Assembly: GCF_032062105.1 (NCBI RefSeq)
Contig: NW_026928959.1
Span: 124,001-188,000, forward strand
Reading direction: 5' to 3'
From: Saccostrea cucullata
Lineage: Eukaryota
Length of the DNA: 64,000 bases
Shown: positions 63,038 through 64,000 of the stretch, piece by piece
How positions within the stretch are numbered: position 1 is the first letter of the stretch
Layout of the letters: every line of letters starts with the position of its first letter
Program-made: the position numbers and the translations under genes
Notes under the pieces: generated by a model
The model's input: only the letters and a program-made list of their open reading frames with translations
What the model was told of the DNA's origin: nothing
The model's database searches: none

Positions 63038-63190
63038 TAAAATGCTTGCTTTGTTTGTTATTACTGGAATGAACGGAAGCAGCTGTTGCAGAAAAAATAC
63101 ATAACCCGCGTAAGCGGGTTTTGTAAATTTTTTCTGCAATAGCTGCGACTGTTCATTCCAGTAATAACAAACAAAGAAAGGCATTTTATT
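63038..63190. repeat. Long hairpin / palindromic MITE core
   Basis: ctttgtttgttattactggaatgaac..gcagct.ttgcagaaaaa..aacccgcgtaagcgggtt..tttttctgcaatagctgc..gttcattccagtaataacaaacaaag. Confidence 0.75.
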
Positions 63191-63460
63191 GTTTATATTT
63201 ATATCTGTTTAAATAATCAATTAAAGTAGGATTAAAAAGATTAATTATTGTATTAATGATGCGAACGTCTTTATACGTTTCATTGATGGAACAGCCACTG
63301 ATTAAGAAATCTGTGCAGGCGACATGCCTACTGTAGTTTATGCAGTGATGAACGCAATAGGGTTTCTTAAGAAATAAAGGAGAAAAAATTCAGTGGATGT
63401 AAATATTCAGCAATAAAAACAAGTTTAGATTTTCTAAAGTCACGTGATAAAGGATGCATT

Positions 63461-63538
63461 CTGTATCATCCAGACGTTTGCGTTTATCTCGATGCACAAA
63501 CGTTGGGGTAAACGCAAACGTCTGGATGAAATAGACTA
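63461..63538. repeat. Short hairpin element
   Basis: tcatccagacgtttgcgttta / taaacgcaaacgtctggatga. Confidence 0.65.
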
Positions 63539-63854
63539 CGCTATGCACGTTATGGAAAAATTAATTTAAATCTTTAAAATCTAATTAATAATAGTTAAAA
63601 TGCCCCGAAAAATATTTAATAACTTAAACTTTGCCCAAACAATAAGTTTAAAATTTTAAACTATCTAAACTTTGCCAAATAAAAGATAATTATATATAAG
63701 GTTAATAAAATTACCAAAAAGAAAAAAAACACAATGACATACTGATACATTATTAACTATAAATATTACATGCCTTCTTTTTTCATGCGGATTAATATTC
63801 ACAACTTTAACTTCTGTATGTGAAGACAAACTACTGTACACATTACCTTACATT

Positions 63855-63940
63855 CGCTTTACGCGGAACCGGAACTACGTCACTTGATCTGTCAATCAAC
63901 GGAACGTGCTATTAATCGCGAGCACGGATCAGGGTAAGTC
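63855..63940 (+). promoter_or_regulatory. Possible promoter and first exon of the next gene
   Basis: CpG-rich patch with tandem CGGAA (ETS-like) and ACGTCAC motifs, followed by donor G|GTAAGT at 63934. Confidence 0.35.
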
Positions 63941-64000
63941 TGTCACGTTTTTACGCGATAAATATATTAAATGCTGTAATTAAAAAAAGTAAAGATTCAA

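Overview
AT-rich, intron-rich animal genomic DNA. The repeat content (Helitron/Helentron-type elements carrying ~166-bp satellite arrays, Penelope-like fragments, tRNA-SINEs) points to an oyster-like bivalve; this is an inference. Six genes were reconstructed by hand-splicing. (1) A secreted 8-Cys peptide (+, 1361-1552). (2) A ~596-aa ARM-TIR-SAM-like protein (+, 7987-13643) that keeps the putative TIR NADase glutamate. (3) An otherwise intronless 2OG-Fe(II)/IPNS-like oxygenase (-, 13813-15192) interrupted by a 387-bp MITE. (4) GPD1 (-, 22898-36404). (5) TAX1BP1/CALCOCO-like (+, 37282-49573), head-to-head with GPD1 and with an apparent in-frame stop in one exon. (6) PFDN5 (-, 52393-56223), with a U12 intron and a scrambled exon 3. 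The most striking unexplained pattern is that at least 14 exon edges in three genes are tandemly re-copied into the adjacent intron together with their splice site ('exon-edge echoes'). The window also holds many MITEs, nested elements, a 3.3-kb long-TIR element with convergent CTCF-like motifs, and a 3.7-kb 32-bp minisatellite. All coordinates were read by eye and repeat boundaries are approximate.
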